Assembly: GCA_963762445.1 (NCBI GenBank) | Contig: CAVXLA010000004.1 | Span: forward strand, 176,893 to 240,892 | DNA from: an uncultured Chloroflexia bacterium | Lineage (GTDB): Bacteria; Chloroflexota; Limnocylindria; Limnocylindrales; CSP1-4 | Length of the DNA: 64,000 nucleotides | Direction of reading: 5' to 3' | In this document: positions 15,209-25,655 of the stretch, piece by piece | How positions within the stretch are numbered: position 1 is the first letter of the stretch | Layout of the letters: each line of letters opens with the position of its first letter | Notes under the pieces: generated by a model | Database searches by the model: none | Told to the model about the DNA's origin: nothing | What the model saw: only the letters and a program-made list of their open reading frames with translations | Position numbers and translations under genes: made by a program

Positions 15209-17476
15209 TCAGTGGCGAAAGTGGCGGACCCCGGTGAGCAGCATCGTCGCGCCGGCGGCGTCGGCGGCGGCGATCGCCTCGCCGTCGCGGAGCGAGCCGC
15301 CCGGCTGGGCGAAGGCGGTCACGCCGGCCGCGAGGCAGACGTCCACCGCGTCGGGGAACGGGTAGAAGGCGTCCGAGGCGCAGGCCGCGCCGATGAGCCG
15401 CTCGGGACCGAGGAGCGCCGTGGCCTTGGCCACGGCCTGGCGCGCCGCGTCGACGCGGCTCGTCTGGCCCGAGCCGATCCCGATGAGCATCCCATCGCGG
15501 ACGAGCACGATCGCATTGGAGGTGACGCCGCGGACGAGGCGCCAGGCGAAGTCGAGGTCGCGGCGCTCCGCGTCGGACGGTGCGCGCCTGCTCGCGACCG
15601 ACCAGGTCGCGGGATCGTCGGGGGCCGTGTCTGGCGCGCCCACCAGAACGGCCCCGCCGGCGGTCCGCAGCGAGCCGGTCGGGCTCGGCGGTGGGAGCGG
15701 GATGCCCGCGCCCAGGGCGGCGTCGAGCACCAGGCGCAGGTTCGGCTTGGCCGCCAGCACCTCGAGGGCGGCCGCCTCGAAGGCCGGCGCGACCACGACC
15801 TCGAGGAAGATGCTGGCCAGCCGCTCGGCCACCGGTCGGTCGACCGGCCCCGTGAGGGCGACGACCCCGCCGAAGGCCGACACCGGGTCGGCGGCCAGGG
15901 CGTCGTCCCATGCCGCGGCCAGGGTGTCGCGCTCGGCGGCGCCGCAGGGGTTCGTGTGCTTGACGATCACGCAGGCCGGCCCCCGCAGGAGGCGGGCGAT
16001 GCCGGCCGCGGCCGCGGCGTCGAGGACGTTGTTGTACGAGAGCGGCTTGCCCTGGAGCGGCGGCGCGCCGGTCGCGAAGGGACCGTCGGCGAGCGTCGCG
16101 CCGGGACGCCGGTAGCGGGCCGCAGGCTGGTGCGGGTTCTCGCCGTAGCGCAGCGTCCCGACCTTCTCGAGGGTGACCGTGAGGCGGGCCGGGAATGGGT
16201 CGGCCGCGCCCGGCAGGCCCGGCGCGTCGGGCAGCGCCACGCCCTCGGCCGTCATCCGCTCCGGCAGCACCTCGGCGATGCGCGCGTCGTAAGCGGCCGT
16301 GTGCCCAAAGGCCTCGACGGCGAGCGCGGCGCGGAGGCCGGCCGGGATCGCGCCCTCGGCGTCGAGGGCCGCCAGGACGGCCGGGTAGCGCCGGGGGTCG
16401 GTCACGACGGCAACCGAGGCGTGGTTCTTGGCGGCCGCCCGGACCATCGACGGCCCGCCGATGTCGATCTCTTCGACCAGCCCGTCCAGGTCCAGCTCCC
16501 CGCGCTGGGCTCGCTCAGCGGCGGCGGCGAAGGGGTAGAGGTTGACGACGACCAACTCGAAGGGCTCGATGCCGGCCGCGGCGAGCTGCCCGCGATGGGC
16601 GGCGAGGCGCCGGTCGGCCAGGATCCCGCCGTGCACGCGGGGGTGGAGCGTCTTCACCCGGCCGTCGAGCATCTCCGGGAAGCCCGTGACCGCGGCGACG
16701 TCGGTGACGGGGAGCCCGGCCTCGCGCAGGGTGCGGGCGGTGCCGCCGGTGCTGACCAGCTCGAAGCCGCGGGCCACGAGGGCGGCCGCGAAGGGCGCCA
16801 GGCCGGCTTTGTCGGAGACTGACAGGAGGGCTCGCCGCGGCACGGGAGTCCCGGCCGCGCGGCGGGCGTCGATCGTCACCCGACGTCCGTCCAGGTGGAG
16901 GGCGCCGGCCAGGAGCAGCCCGGCCGCGCGCGGCAGGAGGCGGTGCTCGACCGCGTGCAGGCGCTCGAGGAGCGCCCCCTCGGTATCGTCGCCGAGGACC
17001 GGGACCGCCTCGGCCAGCACGATCGGCCCCCCGTCGAGCGAGGCATCGACGAGGTGGATCGTGACGCCCGTGACGGCGGCGCCGGCCGCCAGGGCGTCGC
17101 GGACCGCGTGCGCCCCGGGGAACGCCGGCAGCAGCGAGGGGTGGACGTTGAGGACGCGGCCCGGGAACGCCGCGAGGAGCAGCGGCCCCACCAGGCGCAT
17201 GAACCCCGCCAGGACGACGGCCTCGGCGCCGGCGGCCGCGACGGAATCGGCGAGCACGGCGTCGGCCGCGGCGCGGACGGCGGGCTCCCCCGCGCCGAGA
17301 TCGGGAATGAGGGCGGTCTCGAGGCCGGCCTCCTCCGCCCACGCGAGCGCGGCGCAGGGGCGGTCGGCGAAGACGAGGGCGATCCGGGCGTCGAGCGCGC
17401 CACGATCGATGCGCACCGCGAGGGCCCGCAGGTTGCTGCCGCTCCCCGAGACGCCGACCGCGATCCGACTGCCCAT
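15209..17476 (-). CDS. purNH: Fused PurN-PurH: GAR formyltransferase + AICAR formyltransferase/IMP cyclohydrolase in one frame
   Basis: ATG at 17476 shares 1 nt with the purM stop (TGATG). 755 codons with no stop. N-terminus MGSRIAVGVSGSGSNLRAL...NVHPSLLPAFPG...HLVDASLDGGPIV is PurN. From ...VPRRALLSVSDKAGLAPFAAALVARGFELVSTGGTA...KTLHPRVHGGIL onward it is PurH. Confidence 0.85.
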   Translation of the reverse strand: MGSRIAVGVSGSGSNLRALAVRIDRGALDARIALVFADRPCAALAWAEEAGLETALIPDLGAGEPAVRAAADAVLADSVAAAGAEAVVLAGFMRLVGPLLLAAFPGRVLNVHPSLLPAFPGAHAVRDALAAGAAVTGVTIHLVDASLDGGPIVLAEAVPVLGDDTEGALLERLHAVEHRLLPRAAGLLLAGALHLDGRRVTIDARRAAGTPVPRRALLSVSDKAGLAPFAAALVARGFELVSTGGTARTLREAGLPVTDVAAVTGFPEMLDGRVKTLHPRVHGGILADRRLAAHRGQLAAAGIEPFELVVVNLYPFAAAAERAQRGELDLDGLVEEIDIGGPSMVRAAAKNHASVAVVTDPRRYPAVLAALDAEGAIPAGLRAALAVEAFGHTAAYDARIAEVLPERMTAEGVALPDAPGLPGAADPFPARLTVTLEKVGTLRYGENPHQPAARYRRPGATLADGPFATGAPPLQGKPLSYNNVLDAAAAAGIARLLRGPACVIVKHTNPCGAAERDTLAAAWDDALAADPVSAFGGVVALTGPVDRPVAERLASIFLEVVVAPAFEAAALEVLAAKPNLRLVLDAALGAGIPLPPPSPTGSLRTAGGAVLVGAPDTAPDDPATWSVASRRAPSDAERRDLDFAWRLVRGVTSNAIVLVRDGMLIGIGSGQTSRVDAARQAVAKATALLGPERLIGAACASDAFYPFPDAVDVCLAAGVTAFAQPGGSLRDGEAIAAADAAGATMLLTGVRHFRH

Positions 17477-18612
17477 CAGGGCATCTCCACGTAGCGCCGC
17501 CCGCCGGTCGCATCGGCCGGCACGACCTCGCCGACCACCGCGGCCGCGATCCCCTCCCCCGCCGCGGCCGCGAGCGCGGCCTCGACGGCCGCCGCCGCCT
17601 GCGGCACCGCGAGCACCATCCCCAGCCCGCCGTTGAACGTCGCCCGCAGCTCGGGCCCGGCGAGCCCGCCGAGCGCCCCGAGCAGCCGCATCACCGAGGG
17701 CATCGCCCACAGGGCCGGGTCGAGGCGGACCGCGAGCCCGTCGGGCAGGATCCGCGGAACGTTGCCGGGCAGCCCGCCGCCGGTCACGTGGGCGATCCCG
17801 TGGACGTCGGCGCCGGCCGCCCGAACGGCCGCCCGGATCGCGAGCAGGGCACGGGCATAGACCCGCGTGGGGGCGAGCAGCACGTCGGCGAGCGCCGCGC
17901 CGGCGAGCGCCTCCTCCGCGGGCACGCCCGGCGCGTGCCGCGCCAGGACCGCGGCATACGGCGTCTCGAGATCGAGCCCGGCCTCGTCGACAAGCCGGCG
18001 CACGAGCGAGAAGCCGTTGCTGTGGAGGCCAGACGAGAACAGCCCGAGGAGGAGGTCGCCGGACGCCACGGCCCGCCCGTCGATGAGGTCGTCGCGCTCC
18101 ACGACGCCGACGCAGGTCGCGGCCAGGTCAAGGTCGCCGGGGCGCATCACCCCCGGGTGCTCCGCGGTCTCCCCGCCGAGGAGGGCGCAGCCGGCGAGCC
18201 GGCATCCGTCCGCGACTCCGGCCACGAGCGTGGCGACCTCTGCGGGCACCAGCCGGCCCACGGCCACGTAGTCGAGGAGGAAGAGCGGCTCGGCGCCCGC
18301 GCAGGCGACGTCGTCCGCGCACATCGCGACCAGGTCGACGCCGAGCCCCGCGAGGCGCCCCGCTCGCCGGGCGAGGGCGACCTTCGTCCCCACCCCGTCC
18401 GTCGAGGCCACCAGGAGCGGTCGCCGGTAGCCCGCGGGGATCTCGATGGCGCCCGCGAAGCCGCCGAGAGCGCCGACGACCTCCGGTCGGCGGGTCGAGG
18501 CGACCGCCTCGCGCATGAGGGCGACGGCGGCCTCGCCGGCCTCGACGTCGACGCCGGCGGCGCGATACGCCGCGCGCGGGCCGACCCCCTTCGCCCCCGA
18601 CGGCTCAACCAC
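17476..18612 (-). CDS. purM: Phosphoribosylformylglycinamidine cyclo-ligase (AIR synthetase)
   Basis: GTG at 18612 overlaps the purF stop by 8 nt (GTGGTTGA). (M)VEPSGAKGVGPRAAYRAAGVDVEAGE..., STDGVGTKV. The upstream part of the 508-aa ORF is a shadow over purF. Confidence 0.9.
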   Translation of the reverse strand: MVEPSGAKGVGPRAAYRAAGVDVEAGEAAVALMREAVASTRRPEVVGALGGFAGAIEIPAGYRRPLLVASTDGVGTKVALARRAGRLAGLGVDLVAMCADDVACAGAEPLFLLDYVAVGRLVPAEVATLVAGVADGCRLAGCALLGGETAEHPGVMRPGDLDLAATCVGVVERDDLIDGRAVASGDLLLGLFSSGLHSNGFSLVRRLVDEAGLDLETPYAAVLARHAPGVPAEEALAGAALADVLLAPTRVYARALLAIRAAVRAAGADVHGIAHVTGGGLPGNVPRILPDGLAVRLDPALWAMPSVMRLLGALGGLAGPELRATFNGGLGMVLAVPQAAAAVEAALAAAAGEGIAAAVVGEVVPADATGGRRYVEMP

Positions 18613-20047
18613 GGCCTGCCGGCGCCTCCTCGAGGACGAGCTTGCGGCTCGCCGCGTCGTAGGGGACGGGCTCCGGGTAGCGGCCGTCGAAGCAGGCGAA
18701 GCAGAAGCCGTCGTACGGGAGGTCGAGGGCCCGGAGCAGCCCTTCGATCGAGAGGAAGCCGAGCGAGTCGGCGTCGATGAACGCCCGGATCTCCTCAACG
18801 GTGTGACTGGCCGCGATGAGCTCCGTCTCGACCTGCGTGTCGATCCCGTAGAAGCAGGGGTGGTAGATCGGCGGCGCGCTGATCCGGACGTGGACCTCGG
18901 CCGCCCCAGCCTTCCGCAGGAGCCCCACGATCGAGCGCGTGGTCGTGCCCCGCACGATCGAGTCGTCGACGACGACGAGGCGCTGGCCCCGGACGACGTC
19001 ACGGAGCGGGTTCAGCTTCACGGTGACGCCCCGGTGGCGCATCGCCTGGGACGGCTGGATGAAGGTCCGACCGGCGTAGCGGTTGCGGTACATCCCCTCC
19101 CGGAACGGGACGCCGGACCCCTCCGCGTAGCCGGCCGCGGCCGGCCCCCCCGTATCCGGCACCGGCATCACGAGGTCGGCAGCAACATGGTGCTCGCGGG
19201 CGAGCTCCAGCCCCATCCGGCGCCGGACCTCGTACAAGTTCCGCCCCTCCATCACCGAGTCGGGCCGGGCGAAGTAGATGAGCTCGAAGACGCACAGTGC
19301 GGGCCGCGCCTCGGCAAAGCGGACCGAGCGGGGGGCGGCCCCCGGCTCGAGGATCACCAGCTCGCCCGGCTCGACGTCGCGGACGAAGTCGGCGCCCACC
19401 ACGTCGAGGCCGGCGGTCTCGGACGAGAGGACCCAGCCGCCGCCGGCGTCGGGATCGTCCCAGGGGCCGGGTGTCTCCGGCGTCACCGGCAGCCGGCCGA
19501 GGACGAGGGGCCGGAACCCGTGCGGGTCGCGGACCCCGATGAGCCGGCGCTCGTCGAGGACCACGAGGCTGTACGCCCCCCGCACGCGCGGGAGGACGCG
19601 GACCAGGGCCTCGACGGTGTCGCGCGCGGGCTCGTCGGCCAGGAGGGCCGTCAGGAGCTCCGTGTCGGTGCTCGCCGGGAGCCGGGCCCGCCCACCGGGC
19701 AGGCGCTCCAGGAGCTCCCGGGTGTTGACCAGGTTCCCGTTGTGGCCGATCGCCAGCGCCCGCCGCGGGCCCAGGCGCAGCGTCGGCTGGGCGTTCTCCC
19801 AGACCGTCGAGCCGGTCGTGGAGTACCGGCAATGCGAGATCGCGAGCCGGCCGGGCAGGCTCGGCAGCCGCCGGTCGTCGAGGACCTGGGCGATGAGGCC
19901 GAGATCCTTGTAGAGCATGATCTGGTCGCCGTCCGAGGCGGCGATGCCGGCCGACTCCTGGCCCCGGTGCTGGAGCGCGAAGAGCCCGAGCGCGGCCAGC
20001 CGGGCCGCGTCGCCGCCCGGCGCGACGACCCCGAACACCCCGCACAC
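18605..20047 (-). CDS. purF: Amidophosphoribosyltransferase
   Basis: GTG at 20047 is followed directly by the catalytic Cys (CGVFGVV). GGAGG lies 7 nt upstream. PRPP loop VVVDDSIVRGTT. 480 aa. Confidence 0.92.
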   Translation of the reverse strand: MCGVFGVVAPGGDAARLAALGLFALQHRGQESAGIAASDGDQIMLYKDLGLIAQVLDDRRLPSLPGRLAISHCRYSTTGSTVWENAQPTLRLGPRRALAIGHNGNLVNTRELLERLPGGRARLPASTDTELLTALLADEPARDTVEALVRVLPRVRGAYSLVVLDERRLIGVRDPHGFRPLVLGRLPVTPETPGPWDDPDAGGGWVLSSETAGLDVVGADFVRDVEPGELVILEPGAAPRSVRFAEARPALCVFELIYFARPDSVMEGRNLYEVRRRMGLELAREHHVAADLVMPVPDTGGPAAAGYAEGSGVPFREGMYRNRYAGRTFIQPSQAMRHRGVTVKLNPLRDVVRGQRLVVVDDSIVRGTTTRSIVGLLRKAGAAEVHVRISAPPIYHPCFYGIDTQVETELIAASHTVEEIRAFIDADSLGFLSIEGLLRALDLPYDGFCFACFDGRYPEPVPYDAASRKLVLEEAPAGRG

Positions 20048-20049
20048 GG

Positions 20050-22359
20050 TCAGGCCTCCACGCCGAGCGCGCGCGGGAGCCCGTGCTCCCAGGCGTGCCA
20101 CACGTCGGCCAGGGCGACATCGAGGGCGTCGGCCACGCGGGCGCCGCGCCCCTCGGCGGCGCCGGTCGCGCCCTCGCCCGCGAGCTCGATCACGAGCCGC
20201 TCGCCGCCGCTGACGCCGAGCTCGACGAGCGGGACCCGGTGCTCCGCGGCAAGGGCGACGAGGGCCGCGACCGCGTCCGCCCGGGCCGTGATGACGGCCC
20301 GCGACGGGCTCTCGCCGAAGAGGGCGACGGCCGGGGCACCGGCGACCGCCACCCGGAAGTGGCCGCCGCGCCGGCCCCAGGTCGCCATCTCGGCGAGGGC
20401 GACGGCGAGCCCGCCGCGAGAGACGTCCTGGGCCGCGGTCACGAAGCCGGCGCCGATGGCGTCCCGCAGGAACGCCTGGAGGGCCGCCTCGCGGCGCAGG
20501 TCGAGCGCGGGCGGGTCGTCGTCCCCTCCCCCGGCGAGGGCGGCGTAGGCTGAGCCGCCGAGGCCGGGGCCGGCGGCCCCCGCCAGCAGGACGACGTCGC
20601 CGTCGGCGACGAAGGCCGGGCCAACGAGCGCCTCGACCTCGTCGGCGAGGCCCACCACGCCGATCTCGGGCGTCGGGGCGATCGCGCTCCCGGGCGCCTC
20701 GTTGTAGAGCGAGACGTTCCCCCCGGTGACCGGAATCCCCAGGGCCCGGCAGGCGTCGCCGAGGCCGCGCACGGCCTCGCGCAGCTGCCAGAACGCCTCG
20801 GGGCGGGTCGGGTCGCCGAAGTTGAGGCAGTTGGTGACCCCCAGCGGGCGGGCCCCGGTCACGCTCACGTTCCGCGTCGCCTCGGCGACGGAGAGCGCGG
20901 CGCCGAGATACGGGTCCAGGGCGGTGACCGCCTGGTCGCAGTCCGTGCTGGCGACGAGTGCCCGCCGCGTCCCCTTGACCCGCAGGACGGCGGCGCCGCG
21001 CCCGGGGCCGGCGACCGTGTTCGTGCCGACATGGTGGTCGTACTGCTCGTAGACCCAGCGGCGCGACGAGAGGTTCGGGCTGCCGAGGAGCCCCAGGAGG
21101 ACGGCGCCGGGGTCCATGCCGCGCTCGGGCAGGAGCTCGGACGGCGCCGGGGGGAGCCCGGGTGCGGGGGCCGCCCGGCGCCGGGCCGGCGGCGCCGCAA
21201 GGCGCTCGACGACGATCGCCTCCGAGGCGACAAGGCGCGCCGGCAGCCGGGCCAGCTCGCGGGAGCCAGGCCTCGGCCGGCCCTCGTCGTCGAGGCCGCC
21301 CTCGACGACGGCGACGTCGCCGTCGGCGGTCACCCGCCCGACGACCGCGCAGGGCAGGCCCCAGCGGGCGCAGACCTCGGTGATCGCCGGGTAGCGCTCC
21401 GGCCGGACGATGGCGACCATCCGCTCCTGCGACTCGCTGATCATGACCTCGAAGGGGGCCATGCAGGGCTCGCGCCGGGGGACGGCATCGAGGTCGACGA
21501 GGATCCCCGTGCCGGCCCGGTCGGCCGTCTCGGAGACGCCGCAGGTGAGGCCCGCCGCCCCCAGGTCCTGGACGCCCTCGGCCAGGCCGCCGTCGATGAT
21601 CTCGAGGGTCGCCTCGATGAGGAGCTTCTCGGCGAACGGGTCGCCCACCTGGACGGCGGGCCGCTTGGAGGGGTCCTGGTCACCGAAGGTCGCGCTGGCG
21701 AGGACCGAGGCGCCGCCGATCCCGTCGCGGCCGGTCGTGCTGCCGTAGAGCACGACGAGGTTCCCGGGACCGGGTGCCGCGGCGCGCATGATCCGGTCCT
21801 CGCGGACGAGCCCGATCGCCATGACGTTGACGAGCGGGTTGCCCTGGTACGACGGGTCGAAGACGAGCTCGCCGCCGACGGTCGGCACGCCGACGCAGTT
21901 GCCGTAGCCGCCGACGCCCTCCACCACGCCGCTCACGAGGTGGCGCGTGCGGGCGTCGGCCGGGTCGCCGAAGCGGAGCGCGTCGAGAACGGCGATCGGC
22001 CGGGCGCCCATCGCCACGATGTCGCGCAGGATCCCGCCGACGCCGGTGGCGGCCCCCTGGTAAGGCTCCACGGCGCTCGGGTGGTTGTGCGACTCGATCT
22101 TGAAGGCGACCGCAAGGCCGTCGCCGATCCGCTGCACCCCGGCGTTCTCGCCCGGGCCCGCGACCACGTCGTCGCCGGCGGTCGGGAGCGTCCGCAGGAG
22201 GGGCCGGCTGCTCTTGTACGAGCAGTGCTCGCTCCACATGACGGAGAGCATCGCGAGCTCGAGGTCGTTCGGGGAGCGGCCGAGCCTCGCCTCGATGGCG
22301 GCGAGCTCCTCGTCCTCCAGGCCCAGGGCCCGGTGGAGCGGGACGGTCGGGATGCTCAC
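20050..22359 (-). CDS. purL: FGAM synthase subunit PurL
   Basis: 769 aa, GTG start overlapping the purQ stop (GTGA). [17 protein letters not shown], typical small-type PurL. Confidence 0.95.
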   Translation of the reverse strand: MSIPTVPLHRALGLEDEELAAIEARLGRSPNDLELAMLSVMWSEHCSYKSSRPLLRTLPTAGDDVVAGPGENAGVQRIGDGLAVAFKIESHNHPSAVEPYQGAATGVGGILRDIVAMGARPIAVLDALRFGDPADARTRHLVSGVVEGVGGYGNCVGVPTVGGELVFDPSYQGNPLVNVMAIGLVREDRIMRAAAPGPGNLVVLYGSTTGRDGIGGASVLASATFGDQDPSKRPAVQVGDPFAEKLLIEATLEIIDGGLAEGVQDLGAAGLTCGVSETADRAGTGILVDLDAVPRREPCMAPFEVMISESQERMVAIVRPERYPAITEVCARWGLPCAVVGRVTADGDVAVVEGGLDDEGRPRPGSRELARLPARLVASEAIVVERLAAPPARRRAAPAPGLPPAPSELLPERGMDPGAVLLGLLGSPNLSSRRWVYEQYDHHVGTNTVAGPGRGAAVLRVKGTRRALVASTDCDQAVTALDPYLGAALSVAEATRNVSVTGARPLGVTNCLNFGDPTRPEAFWQLREAVRGLGDACRALGIPVTGGNVSLYNEAPGSAIAPTPEIGVVGLADEVEALVGPAFVADGDVVLLAGAAGPGLGGSAYAALAGGGDDDPPALDLRREAALQAFLRDAIGAGFVTAAQDVSRGGLAVALAEMATWGRRGGHFRVAVAGAPAVALFGESPSRAVITARADAVAALVALAAEHRVPLVELGVSGGERLVIELAGEGATGAAEGRGARVADALDVALADVWHAWEHGLPRALGVEA

Positions 22360-23135
22360 GCCCGGCCTCCGGCCTCGCCGGCCGCCCCGCCTCCGGCGGT
22401 GACGAGAGCCGGGGAACCGGCGCCCGCCCGCTCGGCCGCGGCGGCGACGAGCGAGCGCAGGATCGGCAGCCCGTCCGCGGACCCCAGGAGTGCCTCCGCG
22501 GCGCGCTCCGGGTGGGGCATGAGGCCGGCCACGTTCCCGGCCGCGTTCGTCACGCCGGCGATCCCGTGCAGCGAGCCGTTCGGGTTGGCCGGGTCGTCGG
22601 GGCCGGCGGCCGGCGCCCCGTCGGGGCCGGCGTAGCGGAACAGGACCTGGCCGTCGCGCTCGAGGACGGCGAGGGTCGCCGGGTCGGCGTAGTAGCAGCC
22701 CTCACCGTGAGCGACGGGCATCCGGAGCGGGCGCCGCTCGCCGACGAGCCGCGTGAACGGCGTGTCGAGGCGCTCGGGCAGGATCGCCACCTCGCGGCAG
22801 ACGAAGCGCAGGCCCCGGTTGCGGAGGAGGGCGCCGGGGACGAGGCCGGCCTCCGCCAGGACCTGGAACCCGTTGCAGATCCCGAGCACGATTCCGCCGG
22901 CCGCCGCGAAGGCGGCAACGGACCGCATCACCGGGCTGAAGCGGGCGATGACGCCAGCCCGCAGGTAGTCGCCGTAGGCGAAGCCGCCCGGCAGGACCAC
23001 GGCGGACACCCCGCCGAGGTCCGGCGACTCGTGCCACAGCTCGACCGGCTCGGCGCCGGCGAGGCGGAGGCCCCAGGTCGTGTCCCGGTCGCAGTTCGAG
23101 CCCGGGAAGACGACCACGCCGACGCGGACGGCCAT
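22356..23135 (-). CDS. purQ: FGAM synthase glutaminase subunit PurQ
   Basis: ATG at 23135 shares 1 nt with the purS stop. [19 protein letters not shown]..., [20 protein letters not shown] (catalytic Cys). Confidence 0.93.
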   Translation of the reverse strand: MAVRVGVVVFPGSNCDRDTTWGLRLAGAEPVELWHESPDLGGVSAVVLPGGFAYGDYLRAGVIARFSPVMRSVAAFAAAGGIVLGICNGFQVLAEAGLVPGALLRNRGLRFVCREVAILPERLDTPFTRLVGERRPLRMPVAHGEGCYYADPATLAVLERDGQVLFRYAGPDGAPAAGPDDPANPNGSLHGIAGVTNAAGNVAGLMPHPERAAEALLGSADGLPILRSLVAAAAERAGAGSPALVTAGGGAAGEAGGRA

Positions 23136-23440
23136 CAGGCCCCGGCCCCCCGCGTCGACGAGGCGCCGCCGAGCGCCTCCACCGTGAACTGCTCGATGAG
23201 CGGGTTGGCGAGCAGCTCGCCGGCCAGCCGCTCGACGAGCGCCCGCGCGGCCGCCTCGTCGGGCGCCTCGACGGTCATCTCCACGCGGCGCCCCACCCGC
23301 ACGTGGCCGATCCCGGACACGCCGAGGTGCGGCAGGCTCTGCTCCACGGCCCGACCCTGCGGGTCCAGGATCCCCTCCTTCGGGGTCACGTTGACGGCAA
23401 AGCGGAAGCTGGCGGACGGTCCCGCGGCGGGCGTGCTCAT
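23135..23440 (-). CDS. purS: FGAM synthase subunit PurS
   Basis: 101 aa, ...FRFAVNVTPKEGILDPQGRAVEQSLPHLG.... ATG overlaps the purC stop (ATGA). Confidence 0.9.
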   Translation of the reverse strand: MSTPAAGPSASFRFAVNVTPKEGILDPQGRAVEQSLPHLGVSGIGHVRVGRRVEMTVEAPDEAAARALVERLAGELLANPLIEQFTVEALGGASSTRGAGA

Positions 23441-24342
23441 GGGGCGACGACGTCCTCCTCGAGATAGCGGGCGAACGACGCCCCGGTGATCCGCTCGAAG
23501 GCGGCGACGTAGCGGGCGCGCGTCCCGGCCACGACGTCCGGCGGGAGCTCCGGGCCGGGGGCCGTCTTGCCCCAGGGCTGCGCCTCGAGCCAGTCCCGGA
23601 CGAACTGCTTGTCGTAGCTCGGCTGGGCGCCGCCCGGCTCCCAGGCCGCGGCATCCCAGAAGCGCGACGAATCCGGTGTCAGGACCTCGTCAGCCAGGAC
23701 GAGCTCGCCGGTGGCAGGGTCCACTCCCATCTCGAGCTTCGTGTCGGCGAGGAGGATCCCGGCCCGCGCGCAGACGGCCGCCCCCCGCTCGTAGACGCGC
23801 AGGGCCGTGTCGCGGACGGCCTCCGCCCGCTCGCCGCCCACGAGGGCGACGACCGCGTCGAAGTCGATGGGCTCGTCGTGCCCGGCCGCGGCCTTGGTGG
23901 ACGGCGTGAAGATGGGCCCGGGGAGCCGGTCACCCTCTCGCAGGCCGGCCGGGAGCGCGATCCCGGAGACGCGACCCGTGGCCCGGTAGTCCCGCCAGCC
24001 CGAGCCCGCCACGTAGCCGCGGACGACGCACTCCACCGGGATGATCTCGAGGCGGCGGCAGATCATGGTCCGGCCCCGCAGCTCTGCCGCGGCCGGAGCA
24101 TAGGCCGGCGGGAGCAGGTCCGGGTCGGTCGCGAGGAGGTGGTTCGGCACGAGGTCGGCGGTCGCCGCGAACCAGGAGCGCGACAGCCCCGTCAGGACCC
24201 GGCCCTTGTCGGGAATCGGGGTCGGCAGCACGACGTCGAACGCGGACAGCCGGTCGGAGGCGACGAGGAGCAGGCGGCCGCCCCCCAGGTCGTAGATGTC
24301 CCGGACCTTGCCGGCGCGCACGAACCCGGGGGCGAGCGTCAC
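23437..24342 (-). CDS. purC: SAICAR synthetase
   Basis: GTG at 24342 overlaps the purB stop (GTGA). (M)TLAPGFVRAGKVRDIYDLGGGRLLLVASDRLSAFDVVL.... 301 aa. Confidence 0.9.
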   Translation of the reverse strand: MTLAPGFVRAGKVRDIYDLGGGRLLLVASDRLSAFDVVLPTPIPDKGRVLTGLSRSWFAATADLVPNHLLATDPDLLPPAYAPAAAELRGRTMICRRLEIIPVECVVRGYVAGSGWRDYRATGRVSGIALPAGLREGDRLPGPIFTPSTKAAAGHDEPIDFDAVVALVGGERAEAVRDTALRVYERGAAVCARAGILLADTKLEMGVDPATGELVLADEVLTPDSSRFWDAAAWEPGGAQPSYDKQFVRDWLEAQPWGKTAPGPELPPDVVAGTRARYVAAFERITGASFARYLEEDVVAP

Positions 24343-25655
24343 GGCCGGCCCGCCGGGTCGATCGCGTCGAGGCGCGCGATCACGGTCGGGACGTGCTGCA
24401 GGAAGCCGGCGTCGTCGAAGCAGGCGTCGAGGCGGGCCAGGGAGAGACGGCTGGCCACCGCAGGGTCGGTGGCGAGCAGGCCGTGGAGCTGGACCCGGTC
24501 GTCGGCGGCGCGCAGGGCGTTGCGCTGGACGATCGCGTAGGCGTCCTCGCGCGCCAGCCCGCCGTCCTCGACTAGGGCGACCAGGACGCGGCTGCTGGCG
24601 TGCAACCCCAGGCCCCGCTCGATGTTCTCGCGCATCCGGTCGGCGCGGACGACGAGCCCCTCGACCAGGCCCGTCAGCTTCGCCAGCATGTAGTCGAGCA
24701 GGATCGTGGCGTCGGGGAAGATGACGCGCTCGGCCGACGAGTGGCTGATGTCCCGCTCGTGCCAGAGGGGCTGGTTCTCCAGGGCCGCCCCGGCGTAGCC
24801 GCGCAGCAGGCGGGCCAGGCCGGCGATCCGCTCGGCGACGATCGGGTTCCGCTTCTGGGGCATCGCCGAGCTCCCCTTCTGGCCGTTCCGGAAGGGCTCC
24901 ATCAGCTCGCCGATCTCGGTGTGCTGGAGGTTGCGGACCTCGGTGGCGAAGCGCTCCAGCGAGCCGCCGGTGATCGCGATCGCGGCCAGGACGGCGGCGT
25001 GGCGATCGCGCTGGACGATCTGCGTGCTCACCGGGTCCGCGGCGAGGCGGAGGTCGGCGAGGACCTCCGCCTCGAGGTCGGGGGGCAGGTGGCTGTACGT
25101 GCCGACGGGCCCGGAAACCTTCCCGACCGCCGCGTCGGCGAAGGCGCGGGCGAGGCGCAGGCGGTCGCGGTCGAGCTCGAAGGCCCACCCGGCCAACTTG
25201 TGGCCGAGCGTGGTCGGCTCGGCGTGGACGGAGTGGGTGCGGCCCATCATCACCGTGCCGGCCTCCGCGCGAGCCCTCGCGATCAGGGCGGCGAGGAGCC
25301 CGTCCACGCCCCGCAGGAGCAGGTCGCCCGCGGCCCGCAGCTGGAGGGCCAGCCCGGTGTCGACGACGTCGCTGCTCGTGAGGCCGAGGTGGAGGTAGCG
25401 GCCATCGGGGCCGATCGATTCCGCGACCTGGCTGACAAAGGCGATGACGTCGTGGTCGACCGTCCGCTCGATCTCCGCGACCCGGGCGGCGTCGACCCGG
25501 GCGCGTTCGGCGATGACCGCGAAGGCCTCCGCCGGGATCATCCCGCGGCGGGCCTGGGCCTTCGCGACCGCCAGCTCGACGCGCAGCATGGCGGCGAGGC
25601 GGGCCTCGTCGGACCAGGCCGCGCCCATCTCCGGGCGGGTGTAGCGGCGGATCAC
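24339..25655 (-). CDS. purB: Adenylosuccinate lyase
   Basis: 438 aa. Fumarate-lyase signature GSSAMPQKRNP. GTG start overlaps the purD stop (GTGA). Confidence 0.95.
   Translation of the reverse strand: MIRRYTRPEMGAAWSDEARLAAMLRVELAVAKAQARRGMIPAEAFAVIAERARVDAARVAEIERTVDHDVIAFVSQVAESIGPDGRYLHLGLTSSDVVDTGLALQLRAAGDLLLRGVDGLLAALIARARAEAGTVMMGRTHSVHAEPTTLGHKLAGWAFELDRDRLRLARAFADAAVGKVSGPVGTYSHLPPDLEAEVLADLRLAADPVSTQIVQRDRHAAVLAAIAITGGSLERFATEVRNLQHTEIGELMEPFRNGQKGSSAMPQKRNPIVAERIAGLARLLRGYAGAALENQPLWHERDISHSSAERVIFPDATILLDYMLAKLTGLVEGLVVRADRMRENIERGLGLHASSRVLVALVEDGGLAREDAYAIVQRNALRAADDRVQLHGLLATDPAVASRLSLARLDACFDDAGFLQHVPTVIARLDAIDPAGRP

Noticed and set aside
14213-16822. 869-aa plus-strand ORF
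   Set aside because: It is antisense to metG and purN/H, and is a shadow ORF.
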